Part shown: positions 24,966 through 36,485 of the stretch, one piece after another | Numbering within the stretch: the stretch's first letter is position 1 | Layout of the letters: each line of letters starts with the position of its first letter | Position numbers and translations under genes: made by a program | Assembly: GCA_010015805.1 (NCBI GenBank) | Contig: ML978123.1 | Location: forward strand, 744,001 to 808,000 | Source: Rhizodiscina lignyota | Lineage: Eukaryota | Reading direction: 5' to 3' | Length of the DNA stretch: 64,000 nt | The notes under the pieces: generated by a model | What the model saw: only the letters and a program-made list of their open reading frames with translations | What the model was told of the DNA's origin: nothing | Databases searched by the model: none

Positions 24966-25075
24966 CGATAAGCATGGGATACATGTTCGCCTCCGTGGTC
25001 TAGACAGCGCGTGGATTGGTTTGTTCAACCGTTCCTGGTTTCTCCGGGGAAAGAAGAGTGCAGCGATCCTGATAA
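24966..25075. promoter_or_regulatory. Putative NirA/NIT4 and AreA/NIT2 sites upstream of niiA
   Basis: CTCCGTGG at 24991-24998 matches the NirA consensus CTCCGHGG; variant CTCCGGGG at 25042-25049. Flanking HGATAR sites are CGATAA (24966-24971) and TGATAA (25070-25075). Confidence 0.65.
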
Positions 25076-25286
25076 GAAGCTGATTGATATGTGGTGAGAC
25101 GTTAAGGTAAGGATGCGCCGAGACATTAGCGGAGAAAGAGTCCTATCTTGAATGGTGGCGAGCCTTTAACGAGCTGGTGCCATATCTATGCGGTGGACTA
25201 CATCTGAGATTTGGCATTTACTTGCTCTACCTGATGTGGGAAAAATACGAATATACATATTGTACAATGAATGACGAGCGTTTTGT

Positions 25287-27960
25287 CTAGAAAAATAGCA
25301 GATCAGAGTCTTTCCAACCAATTTCGTTCAACGCCAGATGCACGCTCTTCTCCAAAGTCTCTGGGCCGCATATCAGCACCAACGTGTCCGCCGTCTTTGA
25401 AGCATGCTCTCTCAGTAGTGGCGCTGCTATTCTCCCTCTCAATCCTTTCCAGTCATCGGGACCCTGAGTTAATGTATACAACAATTTACACTTTTGCTCA
25501 TTAGCCATAGCAAATTGATCCAGTTCCGCTTTGCATAGAATATCCTCAAGCAACCGATTTCCATCGAGCAACGTGCAGTGCGTGTGATCGTCCTTGTCTT
25601 GCATCACTGCTCTGAAGACCTGGTATATGGGCGTGATACCACTTCCACCACATATCATGATGAAGCGCTCAATAAAACGTTCCTCTTGGTTGACAGCACA
25701 CTTCCCGCGGCCAAGATACTCAAATTTGCCGATTGGGCCTTTGAAGTCTATGGCGTGGCCGATGGGTATGGCGTCCATTGCCATCGACATTTTTCCACCT
25801 GCTCGCTCTTTGGTGTCAAAGTATATCTTGACCAGTACATCGAGGTATCCTCTCTTCGTGGTCTGTGAAATTGGGGTGTAGCTTCTGATGATAGCTTCGC
25901 GCGTCACTGGGTCGCGGATGCGCACCATGAGATGCTGCCCGGTAGGCAATCCGAGAATCTGTTCGTCATGATCGAGCTTGAATGTAAAAATTCGAGTGTC
26001 CCAAGAGACGATTTCCTTCGCTTGAAGTACGGCTTTAGTCCAATTGCGAGGGTCCAGGAAGATGGGTCGCGGTTCATTCGATTCCGGTTTAATTTCCCCT
26101 TCGCTGAGAACACGGCGAGATGCCTCGTCCAAGGTACCGATATGATATGTTGGCATCATCGCCTTTGCAGTCTCACTGTCTGTTTGATGTCAACACTAAT
26201 GTCACATAGGCACTGCAAATTAACTTACGAATCGCCATGAATTCATCCGTAGCATCCAGCCCAGCAGCAGATATAATACTCTGTGCTCCACCTGGATGCT
26301 CCTTGAGAAATGCAGTGCCATCATAGACTTCGCCGTTCACAACGAACCATGGATTGCTGTCGTTGTCGTGCTTTCGTAGCTCGTCAATCGTGATCTCGTT
26401 ACTCAGGCCATCCTTCGTCATCTTGATCTCTGCTGATGTCTCCTCTTGCGCTTCTTCTTTGACGGATTCTCCTCCCAGCCTATCACCCCAGTAGCCATTC
26501 ATTAAATTGCCCCCCTCCTTCTTCACGCGCTCCATCCAACCGCCAGGCATGAGCGCGGGTTGTGTTGGGTGCTCAAATCGTATTGTATCTCCCTCCAAAT
26601 GTATAACCACTCTGAACCAAGCGTTGTTCATCATTCCCATCACTGACCAATACATGTCTCTTGGTTGAAGATTCATGCTTTCATCCATTGCTCGGACCAC
26701 GACGTCTTGTGCTGTCTTCAGTTCCTCGATCGGAATATCGAGCTGCCAGAAACACCAGCAGAAACATGTATCTCTCCAACCCACGTCTAAAGTACCACCG
26801 AAAAGCTCTTGTTCTCTCGCTTCTCGATACCGATCTTCCGCATAATCAATATTTGCGAGTCGCCATGTTTTGCCCTTGTCCAGTGATAGTTCCACTCTTG
26901 TAATGCGACGCCCATCACCTGCATATGCATATCCTCTCACTCCGTACCTCTCCAGGCGGCTATTCAGCGGTAATCGCTCATCATGAGCAGGACATGCGAT
27001 TGCTGAATTTGTGCTCAAACCATATATTGCGTATCTCTCATCCGTCCACCACTCGGGCTTGTTCGCTGCCTCTTCCGGGCTGATCATGGTTGGTAATACT
27101 CTGTTGTCATAGATATGGTACCAATTGTCGCTCGGCCCCTCAGTGACTATCAGCTTTTTCAGCCATTTGACGCTTCGGCCACCAATCTGCCCGGGTACCA
27201 CGGCGCGCAACGGCTTGCCATGGTCTGGCAGCAGCATTTCCCCGTTCATTTTGTATGCAAGCATCATTCCGCGGTTTGGGTCCATAGCCCAGGTGAGCCT
27301 CACACCTGTGCCATAGTAACCATTTGGTAACTTGTCTGCGCCTTCCATGCAGAGCCACCGCGCTCTTCTTTTTGGTTTTGCTCGACGCAGCACATCGCCC
27401 ATGACAACACCAGTGAACAACGCTGTCGAGAGCCCGGCGGGACCCCACGAAAAACCTTTCGTCTTTCGTACAACATTTTGCTCCTTGCGTCTGTTACCGG
27501 CACAAACAAGGGTGATTGGGTAAGTCTTCTGCTCGTAGTCCGCGATGAGGTCTCTGAGAGTGATCTTCAGAGGATTACTGACGAGACCTTCGACAGTGAA
27601 CTCCCAGTCGGGGATGTCTGCATCGTTTACTTCGGGCACGGGTCCATGATTCCGGACATAGAAAAGTTCGGGGCTGGTGAGAAAGCCTTCGTTGAAAAGG
27701 TCGGTGAGAGGTGCTTCAACATTGAAAGGATGAACTCCAGTTAGCCGTATTAATCTGGGATCTCTTGGGACGTGAAAGTCTGGCGTTTTCTTGTCGACTT
27801 CGAGGACTGCAGTCGGAGGTACTGATGGTGGTGGCAGCGGAAAGTCTATGCACTCTGAAGACGAGCTCTCTCCATCTTCAGTATCTGGAGGCGTAGGGGG
27901 AAAGCTGACTGGAGTGACGCCTAATTTTGACTCGATTTCGTTCTTCGTGGCTGCTCCCAT
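25287..27960 (-). CDS. niaD: Nitrate reductase [NAD(P)H] (Moco, cytochrome b5 and FAD domains)
   Basis: RLTGVHPFNVE, FYVRNHGPVP, TLVCAGNRRKEQN, GGRSVKWL, cytochrome b5 HPGG..IHSE, RSYTPIS, GKMS, CGGSGITP and CGP. One intron at about 26180-26228. Confidence 0.98.
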
Positions 27961-28071
27961 CGTGAGAAAAATGAAGTGGACGATCTATGACATAACTTGG
28001 AGATTGATAGATTGTGAAGGAGCGGATTAGAAGACAGCAATAATCCTACAAATGACGAATGCAAGGAAAGA

Positions 28072-28414
28072 CGATAAGCCCGAAAGAGTAAAACTGTGTA
28101 AAACAAATTGACTTCACCCGGAAAGGACTCAAAGGAGAGGTTACACGAAAGGAAACTCAAATTGCGTCCTATTATTGTTTCGTCATATCCATTAGCCACA
28201 GGTAGGTTGAGTACATGCCCCGGAGATGGGCAATGCAAGCAAGCGCCAGATCTCAACCACACAGGTACTTACCTACGATCCTCCAACCCCGCGGAGGTGC
28301 TTCAGCTTTTAGTCTGCTGGTAAGGCGAAAGGGGCCCCAGATCGGTGGGTACTGCCTGGATGTACGAGGTTTCGACATGCGGCTAAGAAATTCCTTATCG
28401 CGAGGCTCAGATAG
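28072..28414. promoter_or_regulatory. Putative NirA/NIT4 and AreA/NIT2 sites upstream of niaD
   Basis: CCGCGGAG at 28289-28296 is CTCCGCGG on the minus strand (consensus match). CCCCGGAG at 28218-28225 is the CTCCGGGG variant. HGATAR sites at 28072-28077, 28395-28400 (minus) and 28409-28414. Confidence 0.65.
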
Positions 28415-29260
28415 CGAATCAGCATCGACGTGATACGCGACTCTTCCCGCCAGCGGAAACTCTTAAGTGTATATAGTGTCCTCATTGTAGCTGTGACGTG
28501 TACGAATAAAATGAATCCAAAGGTTAGAGCATTCAGCTCAACTCTTTAGTTATAGCTGTGCAGAGGATTCTGCTGGTGCTTCTGCCGGGTCAGCCCTCTA
28601 CTGGTGTCGCAAAAGAGAAACTGGGCAATAGCACCGTCAAGAACGATTTCTGGATGTCAGGGTAATTGCTTTGTATCGCAGAAAAAAAAAGCCATCAGCA
28701 AGATGTCAAGTAACGACGTCATTCTAAAGATCTGATGTTGAAGGGTGAAGTTCCATCAAAGTTTCGATCTTCGCGTAATAGAAATTGGCCATCACGTGAA
28801 CACGCGCCTCCTTCCGTCTACCCCTTTTCGCGATCGCAGCGGGTCTACAACAGGACTTCAATGTGCGGAGTATTTCTGCCATCGCATTTGGTTGCATTGT
28901 GAGTGCGAATTGCTGCAAGAGCACCTTAAAACCCAATCAAAGCACGGCAGCCGGACGAAAGGGCTAGTCACGCAAGCAAGAGTGTTTGGGGGTAGTTTGG
29001 AGCCAATACTGTTCGCTCCTGTCGATGTCATTTTGGACTCAATAGCCAACTATCTGGCTAAGTCAAGGCTTGCTGACCGTTGTTTTCAGTCCCTACAAAA
29101 GCCATTTCGAGAAATCGTCTGCGCCGACAACACCCTGTGACCCTCACCTAAAGCCCTGTCCTTCAGTTCCATTTGAGCAAGAACCATGTCCTAAACTGTC
29201 TCTGCACGACTGCTTCAATTCTAATAGCCTGTTTGCCATCAGACTGAGCATCAATTCCTG

Positions 29261-30164
29261 TTACTTTCTCGGCCTTAGATGCCTCTCATCGTTGCCAGCA
29301 TTACCAGTGTTGCCCTCATTGACACCGATGACACCGTCGCCACTATTGGGAGAGTTCGGAGCGAGATCAGCCTCGAGCTTCTTCCACTGTTTCTCAAGGA
29401 CGATGGCCTGGATTCCTGTCAGTTTTGCGTGGAATTCGGAGACCTAGAGTTCCTACATTGTAGTCGTCCATGATACCCATCTCCTTCATCTTGGAAGCCG
29501 TGAGGACCCATGTCTTGGCATCCAAGGCCTTCTTCTCATCCTCAGTCTGCTGGAGTGCGGCTGTGCGGGCGTCACGGAAAGCTTGATGATGCTCAGGCTT
29601 CACGCAAGAGATGTTGTCCTTGATACGCTTGTAGCGGGTATGAAGCTGCGCACTCTGCTTCACAACCTTGCCAGTCTCGCGCTCCCACATGGTGATGAGC
29701 TCCTTTCCGGTCGCACCGGATTCCTTCATTTTGATGAGCCGCTTGTCAGCTGGAGAGAGCTCATCGTAGGTGGAAGCAATTGGCTGGACTTTAGCGAGCT
29801 TGCGGGTGCCGTCCTCTCCGCCAATGGAAGTCTAGGTGAAAGTCACTTCGTGGTACTGTGGCATGAAGTTCCGAATATAACAAACCTTCTCCCGCGCGGC
29901 CTTTGCACGCTTCGACTTCTTGGTCGGAGGTTCCTTCTCAGCATCAGAGTTTCCTTCAGTCTTGATTTTTGCCATAGCACCGCGCTTCCTAGACTTCTTC
30001 GGGGTTGCCGTCGTTTCAACTGGAGGCAAGGCCTGGGTGATACTGTAAAGCTGGGCTCATCTTGAAGAGGAGAATTTTGAATGCCTTACTTCTGGAGCAG
30101 AATCGTCCGAAGACAAGCTGTCTGCTCTGCCGGCAGACTTATTACCATCGAAGTCGTTCTCCAT
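29261..30164 (-). CDS. Putative Myb/SANT-like nuclear protein, paralog A (4 exons)
   Basis: Hand-spliced: MENDFDG...PKKSRKRG..PTKKSKRAK|..ELSPADKRLIKMKESGATGKELITMWERETGKVVKQSAQLHTRYKRIKDN..KTWVLTASKMKEMGIMDDYN|AIVLEKQWKKL..RPRK*. Last intron 29408-29456. Confidence 0.7.
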
Positions 30165-30667
30165 GATAGCTGGCACTGAAAGAGCAGTGTGCTATAAGGT
30201 GGAATGTGTGGGTCGGGAGGTTAGAAAGAAAGGTTGGAGAAGGAAGAGAGGCAGAGGTACTGAAGGGATTCCAGGCACAAGCAGTGTCCAACGTTGCTGC
30301 CTGGAAAGAATGAAGACATGAAACGCTCACCGCTCTTTCATATCATGTGAATCAATTAGAACAAAGAGTGTTTTCAAGTGGGGTTCGGGGAGAATCTTGA
30401 ATGAAGTGGCACAGCGAACTGAGTATCATGAGGTCAAAACTTTATTTACGCTAACGCTAAAGTTTCGGAGAGTTCAACAGATCTTCATGAGATCGATACA
30501 GGTTTCTATATCGTTTCTCATGAGTCTTGAAAGAAACCATTTCACTACTTGAGTGTAATTCCACATTCGAAGGCCACCATTCGTCAACATCCTCCTAGGC
30601 CATCATGTAATTCCATGTCCCACACCCAGTTCACGCAATTTAAAGCGATTGTCGATTTGTGCCAGGT

Positions 30668-31454
30668 TCACTCCTCCGTGTCTGCAGCGGGAGAAGGGAT
30701 GGCGGGAGTGGCGGAAGTTGTGCTGATCTTCTTGTAGCATTTTTCGACAGCGCCAGCCTAGCCATTGTTAGATGAAGCTCTTGAATGATACAGGGATCTG
30801 AGTTATTCATGTACCGGATAAAGTTCTGTTCCTTTCTCCTGCATGAGCTCAGCGACCTTGTAGAAGCGCTTTGCTCTAAGATCTTTAACCTGCTGCTCGA
30901 TAGCAGCATCCACCTCATGTACGGCCTCCTTGAGAGTCTCGTAGTCATCCTCCTTGACGGCGGACATGACAGCGGTGACAGTCGCATAGCGGCTAAGGAG
31001 GGTTTGACGAGGCTTCTTCTCGCCTGTCGCAGTCTCGATTGCGGCGATGATTTCGGCCCAACTCTTGCCATCCTAGTGCACGTTGGCTTTGAATGCGAAG
31101 ATGAGAAGCGGCGAGGCAACACTAACCATTTTCATCTTGTACAGGATGCGGTCCGCGGAAGAGAGGTCTTCGGGGTTACCGGCGACCTTGCGGGCCTTCG
31201 CCTTCTTGGCCGCGGCGGGCTTCTCATCGCTAGCGCCGTCGCTGGTATTCTTGCGCTTCCTTCCCTTTAGGGGGTTGACGGGCGTCTTGGGAGGAGACGG
31301 AGGGACGCTGGTCTCAGGCGTCTCTTCCTTCTTGATGTCAGGATTCTGCGAATGTTAGCACTCTGACCAGTCTCGAGACTTTGAAATAAGTACTCACCAC
31401 TGGCGTGAAAGAGTTGGTGGGCTTCATGTCCGGCGTGCTTGGTTCGCTGTTCAT
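30668..31454 (-). CDS. Putative Myb/SANT-like nuclear protein, paralog B (4 exons)
   Basis: Hand-spliced through three canonical GT-AG introns: MNSEPSTPDMKPTNSFTPV|NPD..GRKRKN..AKKAKARK..DLSSADRILYKMKM|DGKSWAEIIAAIETATGEKKPRQTLLSRY..KRFYKVAELMQEKGTELYP|AGAVEKCYKKI..TEE*. Confidence 0.72.
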
Positions 31455-32208
31455 GATGAGCGTAGGAGAGACGATTAATCTCGAGATCGGAAGCTGATAT
31501 GTACTGGGTTTAGAGGTTCCCGAGAAGGTTGGTGTTGAGAAAAGGTTGAGAAAGAGGAAAGGGAAGATGGGTGCCTTAAGATCGAAGTTAAGTTTGTCAC
31601 CCAACAGGTCCAGAAAATGAGGAGGCTGGAGAATAAGTGAAGCATGTGAAAAAGTATGAGATCAGGCAGAAATTCTTGTCGGTGAATGGAATCCTGAAAC
31701 TTCAGGGGGATCTTTGAATGCATTGTCCTTGTCAATAGGGTGAAGGTCTACAGAGTAAACGCTTCCAGCAAACAATGGCCCTTTTGTTCAGTTCTTAGGA
31801 CCACAGATGCCTTCTATTTGCATTTTTTCCCTTTGCAAACTAGTTCTAATGTTGAAAATAAGACTGGCGAACAAAGAGGAAGAAATGAGAGGAATAGCAG
31901 CTACAAGCTAAATACATGGCAAGCACGTATATCATGTGAATTTTGAGGCAGTCAGCACAGTTGGTAAAAATAGAGCAATCCAATAACTTATATAAGTAAT
32001 ATGTGTGGGCTAACAACAATCAGAGGCCTCCATATGTGGTCTGGTATTGGAGTGTGAAGTCCTGAAGTTCACCAATTCAGCCCTACATTGGATTTTGCCG
32101 AATATTTACCGAGACCATATACGTATGTAGCTCTAAATATGGACATGCCAGCTAGAAATATGTTTACTCTATTGCCTCCTTCCCCTTGCCGACTGCCCTC
32201 AATTCACA

Positions 32209-32979
32209 ATGGTGCGTTTCATATTCCATATCGCTTTATCAAACTAACTCCATCTCCAGAACAATCTATTTAATTCCGCCCTGCGGCAATCTACCTCGCT
32301 CCGCAAGGACCTGGACACCCTCTCCTCAACGCCCTCACCAAGCCCAGCGCTGCAAGGCCAAATAAGCACATCACTAACTTCCTTCTCGCGCACAATCGAC
32401 GAATATGCAAACCTCGCCTCGCAGGAGCTGCATCCAGACAAGAAGTCCAAAGCCCTCGAGCGTACCAAGACATTCCGCAGCGAACTCGCAGACTACAGGG
32501 AACGCTTCGCGCAGGTCAAGAAGAGCCTAGAGGAGCAACAGACCACAGTCAACAAAGCGGAACTATTGGGGCGAAGGCCACACCATGCCGCCACACCTGA
32601 GAATCCGTATGCAAACGTAACGACGTCGAACGGGCCGTGGAAACCTCCCCCGGGGGGGAGTGGCGGGGCCATATTTGGCAGTAATGATGCTACGCGAGAG
32701 TCCCATGCTCTGCGGGAGCAGTCATTTATGCAGCAAACGAACTCACAGTTGGATGAATTCCTGGAGCGGGGAAGAGCAGTGCTGGGGGACCTAGGAGAGC
32801 AGCGTGAGATGCTGAAGGGCACGCAACGAAAACTGTATAGCGTCGCAAACACGCTGGGCATATCAGGAGATACGATTCGAATGGTGGAAAGGAGGGCAAT
32901 GCAGGACAAGTGGATATTCTGGGGTGGAGTTGTAGTATTCGTTGGGTTTTGCTGGCTGGTGTTGCACTACCTGCGGTAG
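32209..32979 (+). CDS. BOS1: ER-Golgi Qb-SNARE Bos1/membrin
   Basis: ATG-only first coding exon (32209-32211), intron 32212-32259, then NNLFNSALRQ.., SNARE motif LDEFLERGRAVLGDLGEQREMLKGTQRKLYSVANTLGISGDTIRMVERR and DKWIFWGG plus a C-terminal TM. Confidence 0.92.
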
Positions 32980-33462
32980 GATGGTAGAAAGTGAGCAGAT
33001 TAATTTGTAGGGCTATGTTTTTGCATACAGCGAGGGCGTTGGGGCTCGGTTGATATATGGAAAGTCGGAACGCCGGCCACTCGGAGTGTAACTGCTAACA
33101 TTCGAATTGCCGTTAGCATAAACACGATATGCATACTTGACGGCAGATGGTATTCCAATCTGTAATCTGCATCGCTGCATATTGCTCTAAACACTCGGCT
33201 GATCCCCTCAGCTGTTCGTGACAATCTGTTCCAGCATAAGATATTGAAGGATCACTATTCTCATCCCGACCGCTCAGCATTAAGCGTCGAACGGTGAAGT
33301 CGCCAAAGCTACGCCGCCAGCGCCCATACCCAAGACCAGAACAGGACCAAAGGAAGGTGATGCGTGCTCGCCACCCGGGAACAACACGAGAAACCAAGGT
33401 AGTATGATACAAAGAAAAGTCAGGTCAATTTCGATCAAAGCATTCTGCAGTGGCGTTTGCAA

Positions 33463-34506
33463 TTAATCCAAAAGTGCAAACCGCCGCCTTCCAAAGCCTC
33501 CAACCCCGAGGCCCCAGCCAGGAGATACTGAACGAGATCCTGGCAGTGTTCGAAGCGTAGGTGGGCCTAGCTCATGATCGACTTTATCTTCCAGCTTGTT
33601 GATTCGACGATGCAGTATATCTAGATCCGGATCACTTGTAGACGCCATGAGCAGCGGTGAACCGTTGTATCTTTTTCTAGGAATTCGGGTATCAAATGGA
33701 GGCATGTCCCAAGCGTCTGGATACCCATAAGGCGGAACACTACGGCTCCTCATGAGTGGCGGTCGTCCATATCCGACAGAACCAAAGTTTGCACCGAAGC
33801 TTGGGCCGAAGCCTCTGAAGAACCCTCGGCCACGACTTGGGAAGGCAAGCTCAACACTCTGAGCTTGGTGAAAATCGATGCGACGAAGGGCCTCGAGGAA
33901 ATTGCCAACCGCTGGTCGGGGGTTTTGTAGAGCGACTTCGTCAAGTAGGGCTGGGTCAGCAGTGAGAAACTCTCGCATGCAATTGATCAGATCCGGTTGC
34001 GGCATCCTCGCGTTCATAATCGAAACGCCCCAGTGGTCAAGAGCATTCCAATCTCTCCTCACGATTTCCTCCCCGTGTTTATTGAAGAAGCTGGCAAGAG
34101 ATGAGGCGATACGCCTGGACTCGCTGAGAGAAGAGATCTCAGCTAGACACATGAATAGGTTCAACGTCTTCGGATATTGAGATGTCATGGCATCCATCGG
34201 ATCCGGGAGATAAGTTTTGTCCCGTAGTAACTCATCACCTAGTAAGTCTCGGAGCGCCAGCGATAGACCAGAACAATCACCGCTCCGTTCAGACAACCCT
34301 TTCACTACCATTTCCCAGACGTACAACATCTGATGAGGAGTGATGTAATTCGAATGTACGAGATCAGAGTCGCGTATCAGGATGTTAACGTCAATGTAGC
34401 CACCGTTGGTTGCCGCGATTCGTGCCACTCGAGGAAGGTTCATTTGCAGGATTTGGTAGTCCACCGGCCACTGGCCGGAGCCAACCGAAACAATGATTTC
34501 GAACAT
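33463..34506 (-). CDS. Hypothetical protein (helical N-terminal domain plus Gly/Arg/Pro-rich tail)
   Basis: Intronless ORF of about 347 aa from the first ATG at 34506, with protein-like composition. No family recognised. Confidence 0.7.
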   Translation of the reverse strand: MFEIIVSVGSGQWPVDYQILQMNLPRVARIAATNGGYIDVNILIRDSDLVHSNYITPHQMLYVWEMVVKGLSERSGDCSGLSLALRDLLGDELLRDKTYLPDPMDAMTSQYPKTLNLFMCLAEISSLSESRRIASSLASFFNKHGEEIVRRDWNALDHWGVSIMNARMPQPDLINCMREFLTADPALLDEVALQNPRPAVGNFLEALRRIDFHQAQSVELAFPSRGRGFFRGFGPSFGANFGSVGYGRPPLMRSRSVPPYGYPDAWDMPPFDTRIPRKRYNGSPLLMASTSDPDLDILHRRINKLEDKVDHELGPPTLRTLPGSRSVSPGWGLGVGGFGRRRFALLD

Positions 34507-36485
34507 CGTCAGAAACAAAAAAGGCCGTAATCAGATGATACAGGAAAAAAGCAGATGAGGAACGATCGACGAAGTCAGCGGCAAAATCGGCTGTTTTGTA
34601 CCCGCCCTCACGCGATGTTGTTGGGAGTGCAACAAAAGAAAGGAGCAATAAAATTGGAACGGAGTTGAAAATCTTATAGCACAGATCGTCGGTGAGTCTT
34701 GTCAAGGCGCAGTCGTGCCGCAAACAGCCCAAGCGGTTGCCTGACTACACATTTGTGAGGCGCTCAGGTGAGTCTCACGCCCCATTATCTGATGCAGCTC
34801 GATGCAGATTGGCGGCTACAGCAGCGGATGACTTCCCCGATTGCTGTCCCATCGCAATGGTAGCAAACAATTGACACTGTGAGGTCGTGCCAACAACTGC
34901 TGCGCCATTTAGAACGTTTACTTAAGGCGACTGATGCCCAACGATTGAGATTTGAAGAAGAGAATATTTTGCTCTGAGAGTCTCATGCAAACGTAGCAGT
35001 AAGCGAGAATATTCCGAAGGGGGTATACTAGTAATGGAGGTTATGCCGCTGATTGATTATATGTCGAACGGGTAGCTGCATCACCTGTCAATTCACTACC
35101 TCGCAAGCGTATCTCAACAGTAAACGCAATTATCGCCGCACATATTAATCAACGAGTTAGAGCGAGACGTCCAGGATCGGAGCGGACTGCGCTGGCAGGT
35201 ACAGCGCACAAAAGCAAGGAAAAGAAGAGTTGATCATCGATTCATCCGCAAAACCGATTATGGTGTAAGCTGAAGGGTACATTGGTCAGACGACACGCAA
35301 AACGTGATACAGGCAAAATGAACGAAGGAAAGAACATGCGAGTGATTAAAAAAGGGCATTACCGCCTTGTCCATGCAATCGTAATTCAGTCATGCCTCCA
35401 GCTCGAGGACCGGTGAGAAGGGCACGGATGGAGCGCGTGACACATGTACAAACAGTAAGAAGGAACCTTATGAGAACCAATATAGATACGCGTAATTGGC
35501 AATCAATGAAATTGCGTGGCGGGCCGCAAGGGTAAATCGACTTCGCAGCCACTCCGACTCGGGTAGAAGGACAAACTACGGAATGGTTATACAATGATAG
35601 AATCATGGAGACCACAACATTTGCGCAAACCGTGTAGAGGCATTCTCTCCTTACTGCCACTGCAGCTCTAGCATCGGGGTCGGTCCGCCTGGAGTTCCCA
35701 ACTAATATCAAAGTAGATGGTCCACCCAGAGAAGCGAGGTGCCGCAAGAGACGCTTCGCGAACCAGCAGGATCGCGACGCTCTTGGCAATCGCGTGTTGT
35801 AGTCATTTGTCGTTGAGGAGACGGCTTGCGTGGACGTACGGAGGTTCTCGTTGGAGAATGGGGGTGGAGGAAATATTGAAGCTCGGAGATCTTCTCGGCA
35901 ACATCCGTATGGGGCTAAGGAGGCCAGTCGAGTGTCCCAGAGGACTTAAATTGAGTGGCGTAAGGTTTCAAAAAGCTGTGAAAGATATGGCGAATTCGAA
36001 TTCGATGGAATCAAGTTTTCGATGTGCTATTCGGAAAGTACCCTTGGGGAAATGGCAGACCATTCGGAAGATGTCATGGAGTGCTGGCGGGTGGAGAGCT
36101 TTAAAATCCGTTCCAGCAGCTACTGCCATCTTGTCCAGCAGCAAGTGTTGAACAACAGACGCAACATATCTTCCACTGCATCGACGATGAAGGGTTGTTC
36201 ATGACCGTCCCAAGCCTAATTCAGGGAGAGCCGCCACAGATCAACACTGGTGTTTTCTATGAGCACGACGGCAAGGTACATTTTGAAGAATATCCCGCTA
36301 TTTTGTACACATACTTGAACCAACACGGTGGAGATGTTGAGACGAAGAAACGCTACCGTAACAACCCTAGCACAACCAAGCAGATGAAACCAGTCCTCTT
36401 GAACCTCTCACGAGAACCCATGAGAACTTAAACCAGTTCTCGTAGCCGCTATATGCAACCACCTACTCGCCCTTGATATCTTCCT

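Noticed and set aside
35717..36431. Staggered short plus-strand ORFs that could be a frameshifted gene relic
   Set aside because: I recognise no homology, so they cannot be distinguished from chance without a tblastn/blastx search.
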